Assembly: GCA_039803205.1 (NCBI GenBank)
Contig: JBDRYB010000001.1
Span: forward strand, 171,413-235,412
Direction: 5' to 3'
From: a candidate division WOR-3 bacterium
GTDB lineage: Bacteria; Hydrothermota; Hydrothermia; JBDRYB01
DNA length: 64,000 bases
Position numbers and translations under genes: made by a program. The stretch's first letter is position 1. Each line of letters starts with the position of its first letter. This document shows positions 49,474 through 58,719 of the stretch, in pieces. The notes under the pieces were generated by a model that worked only from the letters and a program-made list of their open reading frames with translations, made no database searches and was not told the DNA's origin.

Positions 49474-51015
49474 CTATCTGATCGCCAGCTTGCCGGATTG
49501 GTTACGAGTTACGGGTTCCGGGTTACGGGTTGTCCAGATGTAGACCCCTGGCTCAAGGGGGAGCCGGTTCTCGCCCTCCTGCAATTCGCCGGAATAGACT
49601 AGCCTTCCGTCTGCCTTGTATATCTTTATCCCAATATCATAAGGGGAAATGAAGAGCGCGGCGCCCGGAACCGGGGAGCAGGTTATCCTGGAGCCCGGAA
49701 GGATGTCTCTCTCTCTGACATAAACCGTTGGGCAAACCTCGGTTATGGCCGGATCTGGGGTGGTTATAGTTGGGTCTGGGGATGATGTCTGAGGGGAGCA
49801 GTCCGCGCCAACTGAGGGTTCGGTTATGGTTGGCGAAACATCGTAGACGGTTGGGGAGCATTCCTGGACACAGCCGGGATAGTTCCCGTCAGAACCCAGC
49901 TTGAGGACGAGGAAATCATAATCGCCGGCGCCGAAACTCCTTGCCTTTCCCGCGACAGCGTAGCCTCCATCCGCGGTCTGAGCTATGGAGGAGGCCATGT
50001 CCCAGTCTGTTCCGCCAAATGTCCTCGCCCAGGCAAGTGAACCATCCGGGTTAAGCTTGAGGACTAGGAAATCACTATTGCCAGCGCCGAAACTCTGTGT
50101 GTATCCCGCGACAGCGTAGCCTCCATCAGAGGTCTGGTTTATGGAGGAGGCTATGTCCCCGTTTGTTCCGCCAAATGTCCTCGCCCAGGCAAGTGAACCA
50201 TCCGGGTTCAGCTTGAGAACGAAGCAATCAAAATAGCCAGCGCCGAAACTCTGTGTGTATCCCGCGACAGCGTAGCCTCCATCAAAGGTTTGGGTTATGG
50301 AGGAGGCATCATCCGTGCTTGTTCCCCCAAATGTCCTTGCCCAGGCAAGAGAGCCGTCGGAGTTCAGCTTGAGGACGAGGAGATCCCGATCGCCAGCACC
50401 GAAACTATATGTGTGTCCCGCGACAGCGTACCCTCCATCAGAGGTCTGGGTTATGGAATAGGCCCTATCCCAGCTGGTTCCGCCAAATGTCCTTGCCCAG
50501 GCGAGAGAGCCATCCGGGTTCAGCTTGAGGACAAGGAAATCAGCATTGCCAGCGCCGAAACTATATGTGATTCCCGCGACAGCGTAGCCTCCATCCGCGG
50601 TCTGAGCTATGGAGGAGGCTATGTCGTAGTCTGTTCCCCCAAATGTCCTTGCCCAAGCGAGAGAGCCGTTGGAGTTCAGCTTGAGGACGAGGAGATCCCG
50701 ATCGCCAGCGCCGAAACTATATGTGTGTCCCGCGACAGCGTAGCCCCCATCAGAGGTCTGGGTCATGGAGTAGGCCGTGTCCCAGTCTGTTCCGCCAAAT
50801 GTCCTTGCCCAGACAGGTGAGCCATCCGGGTCCAGCTTGAGAACGAGGAAATCATAACCGCCAGCGCCGAAACTCTGTGTGCGTCCCGCGACAGCGTAGC
50901 CCCCATCCGCGGTCTGGACTATGGAGCGGGCCTCGTCCCAGTTCGTTCCGCCAAAGGCTTTGGCGAAGAGCCACTGACCAACCAAGATGTTTGTGGTTAT
51001 TATAGCGTATATCAT
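49474..51015 (-). CDS. Secreted 52-aa-repeat beta-propeller, paralogue 6 (copy B)
   Basis: Seven 156-bp repeats; last blade, linker and CTD almost identical to copy C. Confidence 0.88.
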   Translation of the reverse strand: MIYAIITTNILVGQWLFAKAFGGTNWDEARSIVQTADGGYAVAGRTQSFGAGGYDFLVLKLDPDGSPVWARTFGGTDWDTAYSMTQTSDGGYAVAGHTYSFGAGDRDLLVLKLNSNGSLAWARTFGGTDYDIASSIAQTADGGYAVAGITYSFGAGNADFLVLKLNPDGSLAWARTFGGTSWDRAYSITQTSDGGYAVAGHTYSFGAGDRDLLVLKLNSDGSLAWARTFGGTSTDDASSITQTFDGGYAVAGYTQSFGAGYFDCFVLKLNPDGSLAWARTFGGTNGDIASSINQTSDGGYAVAGYTQSFGAGNSDFLVLKLNPDGSLAWARTFGGTDWDMASSIAQTADGGYAVAGKARSFGAGDYDFLVLKLGSDGNYPGCVQECSPTVYDVSPTITEPSVGADCSPQTSSPDPTITTPDPAITEVCPTVYVRERDILPGSRITCSPVPGAALFISPYDIGIKIYKADGRLVYSGELQEGENRLPLEPGVYIWTTRNPEPVTRNQSGKLAIR

Positions 51016-51066
51016 AAATAAACCTCTGTTAGGCTCAAATTATAAACCTTTGTCAAGGGGCAAAAC

Positions 51067-52608
51067 CTACCGGATCGCCAGCTTGCCGGATTGGTTGCGG
51101 GTTACGGGTTGCGGGTTACGGGTTGTCCAGATGTAGACCCCTGGCTCAAGGGGGAGCCGGTTCTCGCCCTCGTGCAATTCGCCGGAATAAGCTAGCCTTC
51201 CATCGGCCTTGTATATCTTTATCCCAATCTCATAAGGGGAGATGAAGAGCGCGGCGCCCGGAACCGGGGAGCAGGTTATCCTGGAGCCCGGAAGGATGTC
51301 TCTCTCTCTGACATAAACCGTTGGGCAAACCTCGGTTATGGCCGGATCTGGGGTGGTTATAGTTGGGTCTGGGGATGATGTCTGAGGGGAGCAGTCCGCG
51401 CCAACTGAGGGTTCGGTTATGGTTGGCGAAACATCGTAGACGGTTGGGGAGCATTCCTGGACACAGCCGGGATAGTTCCCGTCAGAACCCAGCTTGAGGA
51501 CGAGGAAATCATAATCGCCGGCGCCGAAACTCCTTGCCTTTCCCGCGACAGCGTAGCCCCCATCCGCGGTCTGAGCTATGGAGGAGGCCATGTCCCAGTC
51601 TGTTCCGCCAAATGTCCTCGCCCAGGCAAGTGAACCATCCGGGTTCAGCTTGAGGACTAGGAAATCACCATTGCCAGCGCCGAAACTCTCTGTGTATCCC
51701 GCGACAGCGTAGCCCCCATCAGAGGTCTGGGTTATGGAGGAGGCATGGTCCCAGCTCGTTCCCCCAAATGTCCTTGCCCAGGCAAGAGAGCCATCCGGGT
51801 TAAGCTTGAGAACGAGGAAATCATAACCGCCAGTGCCGAAACTCTGTGTGTATCCCGCGACAGCGTAGCCCCCATCAGAGGTCTGAGCTATGGAGGAGGC
51901 TATGTCGTAGTCTGTTCCCCCAAATGTCCTTGCCCAGGCGAGAGAGCCATCCGGGTTAAGCTTGAGAACGAGGAGATCATAACCGCCAGCGCCGAAACTA
52001 TATGTGTATCCCGCGACAGCGTAGCCTCCATCAGAGGTCTGGGTTATGGAATAGGCCCTATCCCAGCTGGTTCCGCCAAATGTCCTTGCCCAGTGGATAG
52101 AGCCATCCGGGTTCAGCTTGAGGACGAGGAAATCATCATCGCCAGCGCCGAAACTATATGTGTGTCCCGCGACAGCGTACCCTCCATCAGAGGTCTGGGT
52201 TATGGAATAGGCCCTATCCCAGCTGGTTCCGCCAAATGTCCTTGCCCAGTGGATAGAGCCATCCGGGTTCAGCTTGAGGACGAGGAGATCAGCATTGCCA
52301 GCGCCGAAACTATATGTGTATCCCGCGACAGCGTAGCCTCCATCAGAGGTCTGGGTCATGGAGTAGGCTCCGTCCTCGCTTGTTCCGCCAAATGTCCTTG
52401 CCCAGACAGGTGAGCCATCCGGGTTCAGCTTGAGAACGAGGAAATCATAATCGCCAGCGCCGAAACTATATGTGTATCCCGCGACAGCGTAGCCTCCATC
52501 AGAGGTCTGGATTATGGAGCGGGCCTCGTCCCAGTTCGTTCCGCCAAAGGCTTTGGCGAAGAGCCACTGACCAACCAAGATGTTTGTGGTTATGAAAGCA
52601 TATATCAT
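51067..52608 (-). CDS. Secreted 52-aa-repeat beta-propeller, paralogue 7 (copy C)
   Basis: Tandem near-duplicate of copy B; start at ATG 52608 by homology and SD. Confidence 0.88.
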   Translation of the reverse strand: MIYAFITTNILVGQWLFAKAFGGTNWDEARSIIQTSDGGYAVAGYTYSFGAGDYDFLVLKLNPDGSPVWARTFGGTSEDGAYSMTQTSDGGYAVAGYTYSFGAGNADLLVLKLNPDGSIHWARTFGGTSWDRAYSITQTSDGGYAVAGHTYSFGAGDDDFLVLKLNPDGSIHWARTFGGTSWDRAYSITQTSDGGYAVAGYTYSFGAGGYDLLVLKLNPDGSLAWARTFGGTDYDIASSIAQTSDGGYAVAGYTQSFGTGGYDFLVLKLNPDGSLAWARTFGGTSWDHASSITQTSDGGYAVAGYTESFGAGNGDFLVLKLNPDGSLAWARTFGGTDWDMASSIAQTADGGYAVAGKARSFGAGDYDFLVLKLGSDGNYPGCVQECSPTVYDVSPTITEPSVGADCSPQTSSPDPTITTPDPAITEVCPTVYVRERDILPGSRITCSPVPGAALFISPYEIGIKIYKADGRLAYSGELHEGENRLPLEPGVYIWTTRNPQPVTRNQSGKLAIR

Positions 52609-52668
52609 AACCAAACCCTCCGTTAGGCCTAAATTATAATATAAACCTTTGTCAAGGGGCAAAACAGC

Positions 52669-52772
52669 CTACCGGATGGCCAGCTTGCCGGATTGGTTGC
52701 GGGTTACGGGTTGCGGGTTACGGGTTGTCCAGATGTAGACCCCTGGGTCAAGGGGGAAATGAAAAAAGCGCA
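52669..52772 (-). pseudogene. Orphan 3' tail of a propeller-family gene
   Basis: PLDPGVYIWTTRNPQPVTRNQSGKLAIR*, joined to a short patch resembling the ALFISP codons (internal deletion). Confidence 0.8.
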
Positions 52773-52953
52773 GTGTTTCAAAATTCCGGATCACCGGACA
52801 AAGGGATTGTCTGAGTGCCAAGAGCCCCTGAGATGTCTCATCGGTGGGATATAGCAAAAGCCTCTTCGAGGCTGAAGGGCTCAGCCTTGTCCGTTCATAA
52901 TCTCTTCCCTTATCCCGTAAGGGCAAAATCTTAGTGGCCTCGCCGGAGGCACA

Positions 52954-53400
52954 TCAAGGCCCCCCAGCCCTGGTTTTCAAAGGCTTAGGGCCATAAGGGG
53001 TCGGCTTTGGCTCATCCGCCCAGGTTCCCGAACGGTTATGAACCTCAAATATACCCTTGCCCACCATCTGAGCTTTGCCCTTGCCCGTCGCGTCAATCAC
53101 CAGGTCCTTGCCGAGGGCCATAACTATGAAGTCCGAGCCGGAAATGCTGAAAGTGCCTATTCCAGGAACGAATTTCCAGGCTTCATCTCCGTCAGCCACC
53201 TTCTCAGGGACCTGCGCGTCCCCGGCCAGGTCCTTATACCACAGCGAACCCTCGCCGGTTATGGTAAGGGAACCATGACCTCTTATATAGACCAGGCCGT
53301 TGCCCTCCGCGTGAAGGGTTTTCTCGGTCTCGCTCTTTCCTTTTTCGTGTCCTTGGCCGCCGGTCCCAGCAAACAAAAGGCCCGCGATCACTAATTTCAC
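52954..53400 (-). CDS. Hypothetical exported beta-rich protein
   Basis: SD GGAGGTG, GTG start, hydrophobic N-terminus, Gly-rich beta repeats. Confidence 0.65.
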   Translation of the reverse strand: MKLVIAGLLFAGTGGQGHEKGKSETEKTLHAEGNGLVYIRGHGSLTITGEGSLWYKDLAGDAQVPEKVADGDEAWKFVPGIGTFSISGSDFIVMALGKDLVIDATGKGKAQMVGKGIFEVHNRSGTWADEPKPTPYGPKPLKTRAGGP

Positions 53401-53508
53401 GATTCACCTCCTTGAGCACGCAGATTGTAAAGCTACGGCACGATCCCTTTCCACTCAAGGGGAAAGATGGTTGAATCCCATCCCATCGTTCCAGCATAAT
53501 AAAACCCC

Positions 53509-54498
53509 TTGCGAAAGATCGGCGTCATGACCTCTGGAGGCGATTGCCCCGGCCTCAACGCGGCCTTAAGGGCAATAGTCCGAAGGGCAAAAAAGGACCA
53601 CGGCCTTTCGGTTATTGGCTTCATGAGGGCTTGGGAGGGGTTGCTTGAAGGGGATTTCTTTGAGATGGATTTCCAGCATGTCTCGGGCATCCTTCCCCTG
53701 GGCGGCACCATCCTCCACACGACCCGCAAGAACCTCCTTGAAAAGCCCGGCACAATGGAAAGGGTCCTCGCCAGGCTTGACGAAATAGGGCTTGATGGCC
53801 TCATAATCATCGGCGGCGATGGAACCCTGCACTGGGCTTGGCAACTCCACAAGCGTTGGCCCAAAGTGGTTGTCATACCCAAGACCATAGACAACGATGT
53901 CTGGGGAACTCGTTATTCAATAGGTTTTGACACCGCTGTCTCGGTGGCGGTTGAGGCTCTTGACCGTCTTCACACCACGGCTGAATCCCACGATAGGGTC
54001 TTTGTTGTTGATGTGATGGGAAGGGCAACGGGATGGATAGCCATACACGCTGGGATTGCGGGGGGAGCGGATGTGATAGTCATCCCGGAGCATCCCCTCC
54101 GGGAATCCGAGGTCCTCCAAATAGTTGATGAACGCCGAGCAAGGGGAAAATCGTTCTCAATAATCATAGTCGCTGAAGGGGTTCACTATGTCGCCATGAA
54201 GGAGAAGGAGAGCGCTTCAAAATACCTGGCTGGATTGATTGAGTCAGAGCTCGGAATTTCGGCCCGAACCGTCAAGCTGGACTATGTTCTCAGGGGTGGA
54301 ACCCCAACCTCCTACGACCGGCTCCTCGCCACCAGAATGGGATACACAGCGGTTGATTTCCTGGTGGCGGGGAAATTCGGCGTGATGACCTCTTTGAGGG
54401 GAACCCAAATAGCCTCCGTTCCGATACAGCGCGTCGTGGGCAGAATAAACAGGGTTGACGAAGCCCTCTGGGCAATGGCCAGGACATTCTTCGGATGA
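53509..54498 (+). CDS. pfkA: 6-phosphofructokinase
   Basis: TSGGDCPGLNA, GGTIL, IGGDGT, PKTIDND, VMGR, RGG.P..YDR. Confidence 0.93.
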   Translation: MRKIGVMTSGGDCPGLNAALRAIVRRAKKDHGLSVIGFMRAWEGLLEGDFFEMDFQHVSGILPLGGTILHTTRKNLLEKPGTMERVLARLDEIGLDGLIIIGGDGTLHWAWQLHKRWPKVVVIPKTIDNDVWGTRYSIGFDTAVSVAVEALDRLHTTAESHDRVFVVDVMGRATGWIAIHAGIAGGADVIVIPEHPLRESEVLQIVDERRARGKSFSIIIVAEGVHYVAMKEKESASKYLAGLIESELGISARTVKLDYVLRGGTPTSYDRLLATRMGYTAVDFLVAGKFGVMTSLRGTQIASVPIQRVVGRINRVDEALWAMARTFFG

Positions 54499-54506
54499 GG
54501 CTATCC

Positions 54507-55130
54507 CTACATCTCAGGAACCCAAAGGCAATTTCCCAATCTCTTGGCCTTGCCCGTCTTTATGAAGTAAAGCGTGAGGGCCGCGGCAACCGCGTCCAGG
54601 GCATCCGGGTCAAGCTTTTGCCAGATGTCCTTCCCGAGATTAGGGATGTATTCAGCCAAAAGAAGCAAACGCTGGAGCTGACCGCGCTCGGAGAGCTTGT
54701 TGGCGAGAGGGCCGTATGAGCCTGCCCTGGATAACATGACGAAGCTCGCGTGGGGGTAGACCTCGTAGACCTTGTGCTTCCCGCGCGATCCGGTTGCGAA
54801 GCCCTCTGCCTTTGGCTTTCCAGCGAGGCCCAGGAACTCCTTTGCTCTTGCGTAGAGAGCGGGCATGTATCCCCCGCCGGGGGGTAAGCACGGGATCCCC
54901 AGCTCCCAAAGGGCCTTTTCCTCCTCTCGCCACATGCGCCCCTTTCTGGGAAGGTAAATCGGGCAGTCAAGCGCGATCTCGGTTATCTCGGCGTTCTTCA
55001 GTATGCTCGTGAGGTCATTTTTTGTTCCGAAACGGAAAAGCCCAGCCATGGCTATGGCATCATCCCCGACCCTTATCGTGGCAAGAACCCCAGGCCTCTT
55101 TATCGCAATATCCATTCCAGCGCAGATCAT
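54507..55130 (-). CDS. DUF429 family (RNase H-like) protein
   Basis: GMD at the N-terminus, ALDCP, EVYPH, DALDA..AA. Confidence 0.8.
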   Translation of the reverse strand: MICAGMDIAIKRPGVLATIRVGDDAIAMAGLFRFGTKNDLTSILKNAEITEIALDCPIYLPRKGRMWREEEKALWELGIPCLPPGGGYMPALYARAKEFLGLAGKPKAEGFATGSRGKHKVYEVYPHASFVMLSRAGSYGPLANKLSERGQLQRLLLLAEYIPNLGKDIWQKLDPDALDAVAAALTLYFIKTGKAKRLGNCLWVPEM

Positions 55131-55888
55131 CAGAATATCCTCCTCCCATCCGTGGCTCTGAGGCCTATCTGAAACACAACGGGATCGTCAACAGGCCTGT
55201 ATATACCTGGATCGTGAAGCCTCTCATACTCAAGGAAAAGCATGAGGGTGGCTCCTGCTCCTCTCACGAAAACCCCTGTCTCTGCCCTCGTATCCGCGTA
55301 GGTTGCCCAAGGATACCCGTCCAACTTAACATCAGCGCACAGGTAAGGCCCCCAACCCCAGGATGCCCTCAGCCTTATCCCGGCTTCCCAGGACCATGTC
55401 AGGCCCGTTATCCTTCCGGTCGGGTCATCAAGCCAGAGGACATATTTGTGCGCCCTCGTGTAGAATGGTTTCCGGATGACCCCGGCGTGCACGCTTGAGA
55501 AGATGAGTGTCCTTTCGTCCCTGTCTATGTCGTGCTTGCACCGATGGGTGAAACCCACCTGGGCTATGAAGCCCCGTCCCCCATGAGAGAGAAGGGCGCC
55601 TTCTTCCCAGTATAAAGCGAGGGGCTGAAACCTTATCTTTGACTCAGGGCCAGCAACGAGCTCGTTCGCTCCGTAAATGCAAAGGGTGATGTCCCTCACT
55701 CTGAGGATGTCAAGAAGCCCGCCTATGCGCACAGACCACGCGTATGTCGTATCGGGCAGGTATCCGCCGTAGGATGCCCACGCGCCAATCCCACCAAGGT
55801 ATGTTCCGCTCGTGTCCACAGCGGGATTGAGGATCACGCTCCTTGCGGGAAACGGAACGGAAAGGAGCCCAAGCATGATCCCATTCAT
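55130..55888 (-). CDS. Hypothetical outer-membrane beta-barrel protein (paralogue of the next gene)
   Basis: F.PLA..WEEG, HRCKHDID, LEYER.HD.G.Y; C-terminal F; ATG overlaps the upstream TGA. Confidence 0.65.
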   Translation of the reverse strand: MNGIMLGLLSVPFPARSVILNPAVDTSGTYLGGIGAWASYGGYLPDTTYAWSVRIGGLLDILRVRDITLCIYGANELVAGPESKIRFQPLALYWEEGALLSHGGRGFIAQVGFTHRCKHDIDRDERTLIFSSVHAGVIRKPFYTRAHKYVLWLDDPTGRITGLTWSWEAGIRLRASWGWGPYLCADVKLDGYPWATYADTRAETGVFVRGAGATLMLFLEYERLHDPGIYRPVDDPVVFQIGLRATDGRRIF

Positions 55889-56637
55889 CAGAAAATAACC
55901 CCTTTGGCCCACGATCCAAGCCCTATCCCGAAATGGCCTTTGGCTTTTGGCTTCCCGTAGAGCCCGGAGTCGTGAGCCCGTTCGTATTCAAGAAATCCAG
56001 CAAAACTGGCGCCCTGCCCCCTCGTGAATCCCCCTGTCCTCCCGAGGGCATCAAGGCCGAGGCCGTCTTTATATGCAAACAACACGATGCCCCCGGTCGC
56101 AAAAACCTCCCCTGAGGCCCAGGATGCTCTTGCGCCCAGGCTCCAGAGAAGCCTCCCTTCCCTGGCCTCCGGGTAATCCGTCCTGTAGAGGTATAGGCAC
56201 GCGAACCCCTGAGCGTGCTCGCCCAGGATGCCGCCGAGGAGCCTCGTTCCCACGAGTATCCGTCTCAGGGTGTCAACATCGTGCTTGCACGAATGGAGAA
56301 ACCCTGTTTGCCAGAAGGCGCTTTCTGCGGGCCCTGTTATGAGAATCCCCTCTTCCCAGCGCACCGCAAGGGGGTGGAACGAGATCAACCCTCCTGGTGA
56401 CGAGGAGATTACCTCCGAGGAAGCGACTATTGCCGCGCTCTTGCCGTTTCCTCTGATGAGCTCAAGAAATCCGCCCATCTTGATGCTAAATGAAAGCTCG
56501 CGATCCCACGGATACCAGGAAGCGTTTGCCCATATTCCTGAGGCTCTGAGCCAGCCATCATCAGCCGCGCATGCGAGGGGATTGATCGCTATGCCCCTTG
56601 CAGGGGAGGGCATTGAGAGCATGAAGGCCCAAACCAA
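55888..56637 (-). CDS. Hypothetical outer-membrane beta-barrel protein
   Basis: FHPLAVRWEEG, HSCKHDVD, LEYERAHDSGLY; C-terminal F. Confidence 0.65.
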   Translation of the reverse strand: MVWAFMLSMPSPARGIAINPLACAADDGWLRASGIWANASWYPWDRELSFSIKMGGFLELIRGNGKSAAIVASSEVISSSPGGLISFHPLAVRWEEGILITGPAESAFWQTGFLHSCKHDVDTLRRILVGTRLLGGILGEHAQGFACLYLYRTDYPEAREGRLLWSLGARASWASGEVFATGGIVLFAYKDGLGLDALGRTGGFTRGQGASFAGFLEYERAHDSGLYGKPKAKGHFGIGLGSWAKGVIF

Positions 56638-56716
56638 AGGTGATATTATAAAGTGATCTTGCCTTTGGGTTCTCTATTCTTGCGCCGGAATGCGTTCTGG
56701 CCTTATCCTATTAATA

Positions 56717-58186
56717 GTGAAGATCCTTTGGGTTGATGACGAGATAGATCAGTTCAAGAGCCACCTGCTTTTTCTTGAATCAGAAGGGCTTACCGTCAAG
56801 ACCGCTTCCTCCGCGCATGAGGCGCTTGAGGCTCTGGCCAGGGAGGCCTTCAACCTGATACTTCTGGACTACAGGATGCCAGGGGTTGATGGGCTTACGC
56901 TTTTTAGAGAGATAAAGCGCATGGCCCCACATGTTCCTATAGCCATGGTAACCATGATGTCCGACAAGGATGTAATGGAGACAGCGGTAGCGGCTGAGGC
57001 CTTTGATTTTGTAATAAAACCCGTCCAACCATCCCAGATAGTCGTGATAGCGAAGAAGGTCGCGGCAAGGGAGGTGAAGCAGAAAAAGTTGGGGAAAGAG
57101 CTCGCAGAGGTCTTTAGAACCCTTTCCACCCTCCCGGATACATACCAGGGATGGCTGGCAAAGGCAAGGCTCCTAATGGAGACCAGGTTGGGCCTATCCG
57201 AAGAGGACAGGAAAGCGCTTGATGAGGCCCTCGCATCAGCAAACGAGGAGTTCGCGCGCTGGATTGCCAGGAATTATCCAAGGCTCCTCTCAGAGGGCTA
57301 CAATTTCTCTCACAATATCCTGGAGCGCCACATCTTTCCCACCCTGAAAGAGGGGGGAAAGGCCATCCTCTTTCTCATTGACTGCTTTAGGCTTGATCAG
57401 TTCTCCTACTTTATCCCCACCCTCTCCTCGGATCTGAGGATCGGTATTGTGGATTACATGTCCATACTCCCATCCGCGACCGGATTCTCCAGGAACGCCA
57501 TGTTCGCTGGGGTGCTTCCAAAGGAGATACACGCTAGGCATCCGGGCTGGCTTGACGATAATCAGAACGAGCAGACTCTCCTTTCGGAAAACTTGGCCAG
57601 GTGCGGACTAGGTGGTCTCACCTTCACATACAGGAAGCTCAATACATTTGAGGACCTGAAGCGCCTCATAATTTCTGATAAACCTCTCCAGGTATACATC
57701 ATCAACTTCGTGGACCTAATGTTCCACCTCAGACACGAGCTGGATGTCCTCAAGGCCCTGGGCGAGAGCGTTGATGCGCTCATGCATTGGGGAGACTTCC
57801 TCCTCAAGGAATCCGAGCTCGCGGATAAGGTCAAGGAGGCAGTCGATCAAGGGTTCAAGGCCTTCATAACCTCGGACCACGGATGGGTCATGGCCGAAAG
57901 GCCGTCGCTCATCCACGGAGGAGGGGACCTCACCCCTGGGCTCCGGTATAAGTTCGGAGATTCAATAAGGCTTGTTCAGAACTCCGGGATCATAGTAAAG
58001 GAGCTATCAGATTGGGGGTTGCCCTCAATCCCCGGCGCGCACAGGCTCCTTCTTTCCACTGACTACTCATTCCTGGTCTATTCAACTGACCCGCGCAGAT
58101 ACGAGAAGGTCTATAAGGGAGGGGTTTTCCACGGCGGGATAAGCCTAGAGGAGATGGCCCTGCCCCTGATCAGGGTAGAAAAATGA
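56717..58186 (+). CDS. porX: PorX-like response regulator (receiver plus PglZ/alkaline-phosphatase domain)
   Basis: KILWVDDEID..K.H..FLE, LLDYRMPG; IDCFR.DQ, SILPSAT..SRNA.FAG, TSDHG, HGGISLEEM. Confidence 0.8.
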   Translation: MKILWVDDEIDQFKSHLLFLESEGLTVKTASSAHEALEALAREAFNLILLDYRMPGVDGLTLFREIKRMAPHVPIAMVTMMSDKDVMETAVAAEAFDFVIKPVQPSQIVVIAKKVAAREVKQKKLGKELAEVFRTLSTLPDTYQGWLAKARLLMETRLGLSEEDRKALDEALASANEEFARWIARNYPRLLSEGYNFSHNILERHIFPTLKEGGKAILFLIDCFRLDQFSYFIPTLSSDLRIGIVDYMSILPSATGFSRNAMFAGVLPKEIHARHPGWLDDNQNEQTLLSENLARCGLGGLTFTYRKLNTFEDLKRLIISDKPLQVYIINFVDLMFHLRHELDVLKALGESVDALMHWGDFLLKESELADKVKEAVDQGFKAFITSDHGWVMAERPSLIHGGGDLTPGLRYKFGDSIRLVQNSGIIVKELSDWGLPSIPGAHRLLLSTDYSFLVYSTDPRRYEKVYKGGVFHGGISLEEMALPLIRVEK

Positions 58187-58719
58187 GCCTGATTCCGAAC
58201 CACAAGCCGCGACCTGGGAGTTGTGAGAGCAAACGATTGAGCCTGGTGTATGTGGGCCTTGGCTCAAACATGGGCGACAGGTTATCCAATCTAAGGGAGG
58301 GGGTGAAAGCCTTGAGAAAGATGGGAAGCATCCTCGCTGTTTCCTCTGTCTACGAGACAGAGCCCTGGGGCCGAGAGGATCAGAATTGGTTTCTCAACGC
58401 TGTTGTTCTCCTGGAAACGAGCTTGAGCCCCATTGATCTCCTCAGAGCGTTGAAGTCAGCAGAGGCTGGGTTCAAGAGGGAGCCGGGGAAGTGGTCCCCG
58501 CGGGAGCTTGATATGGACATCCTGCTATACGATGGGGAAACCAAGAGCACAGGGGAGCTGGTCATACCCCATCCGGAAATGGGGAACCGCTCCTTTGTTC
58601 TCGTGCCCCTTGCTGAGCTGTTCAACCGAGGGGCGCCCTCTCTCGGATACCCAATAGGAAACATATGCCCTGATGGGAAGGTTGTTAGGCTTTTCTCGGG
58701 GCCGGAGGCGATAACATGA
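58183..58719 (+). CDS. folK: HPPK (folate biosynthesis)
   Basis: GLGSNMGDR, SSVYETEPWG, FLNAV, PRELDMDIL, IPHP...R.FVLVPL. Confidence 0.95.
   Translation: MSLIPNHKPRPGSCESKRLSLVYVGLGSNMGDRLSNLREGVKALRKMGSILAVSSVYETEPWGREDQNWFLNAVVLLETSLSPIDLLRALKSAEAGFKREPGKWSPRELDMDILLYDGETKSTGELVIPHPEMGNRSFVLVPLAELFNRGAPSLGYPIGNICPDGKVVRLFSGPEAIT

Noticed and set aside
38294..52608. Diversity-generating retroelement behind the propeller variation
   Set aside because: No reverse transcriptase or template repeat in the window. Variable codons include TGG, GAG and CCG, which do not fit adenine-only mutagenesis of AAY codons.
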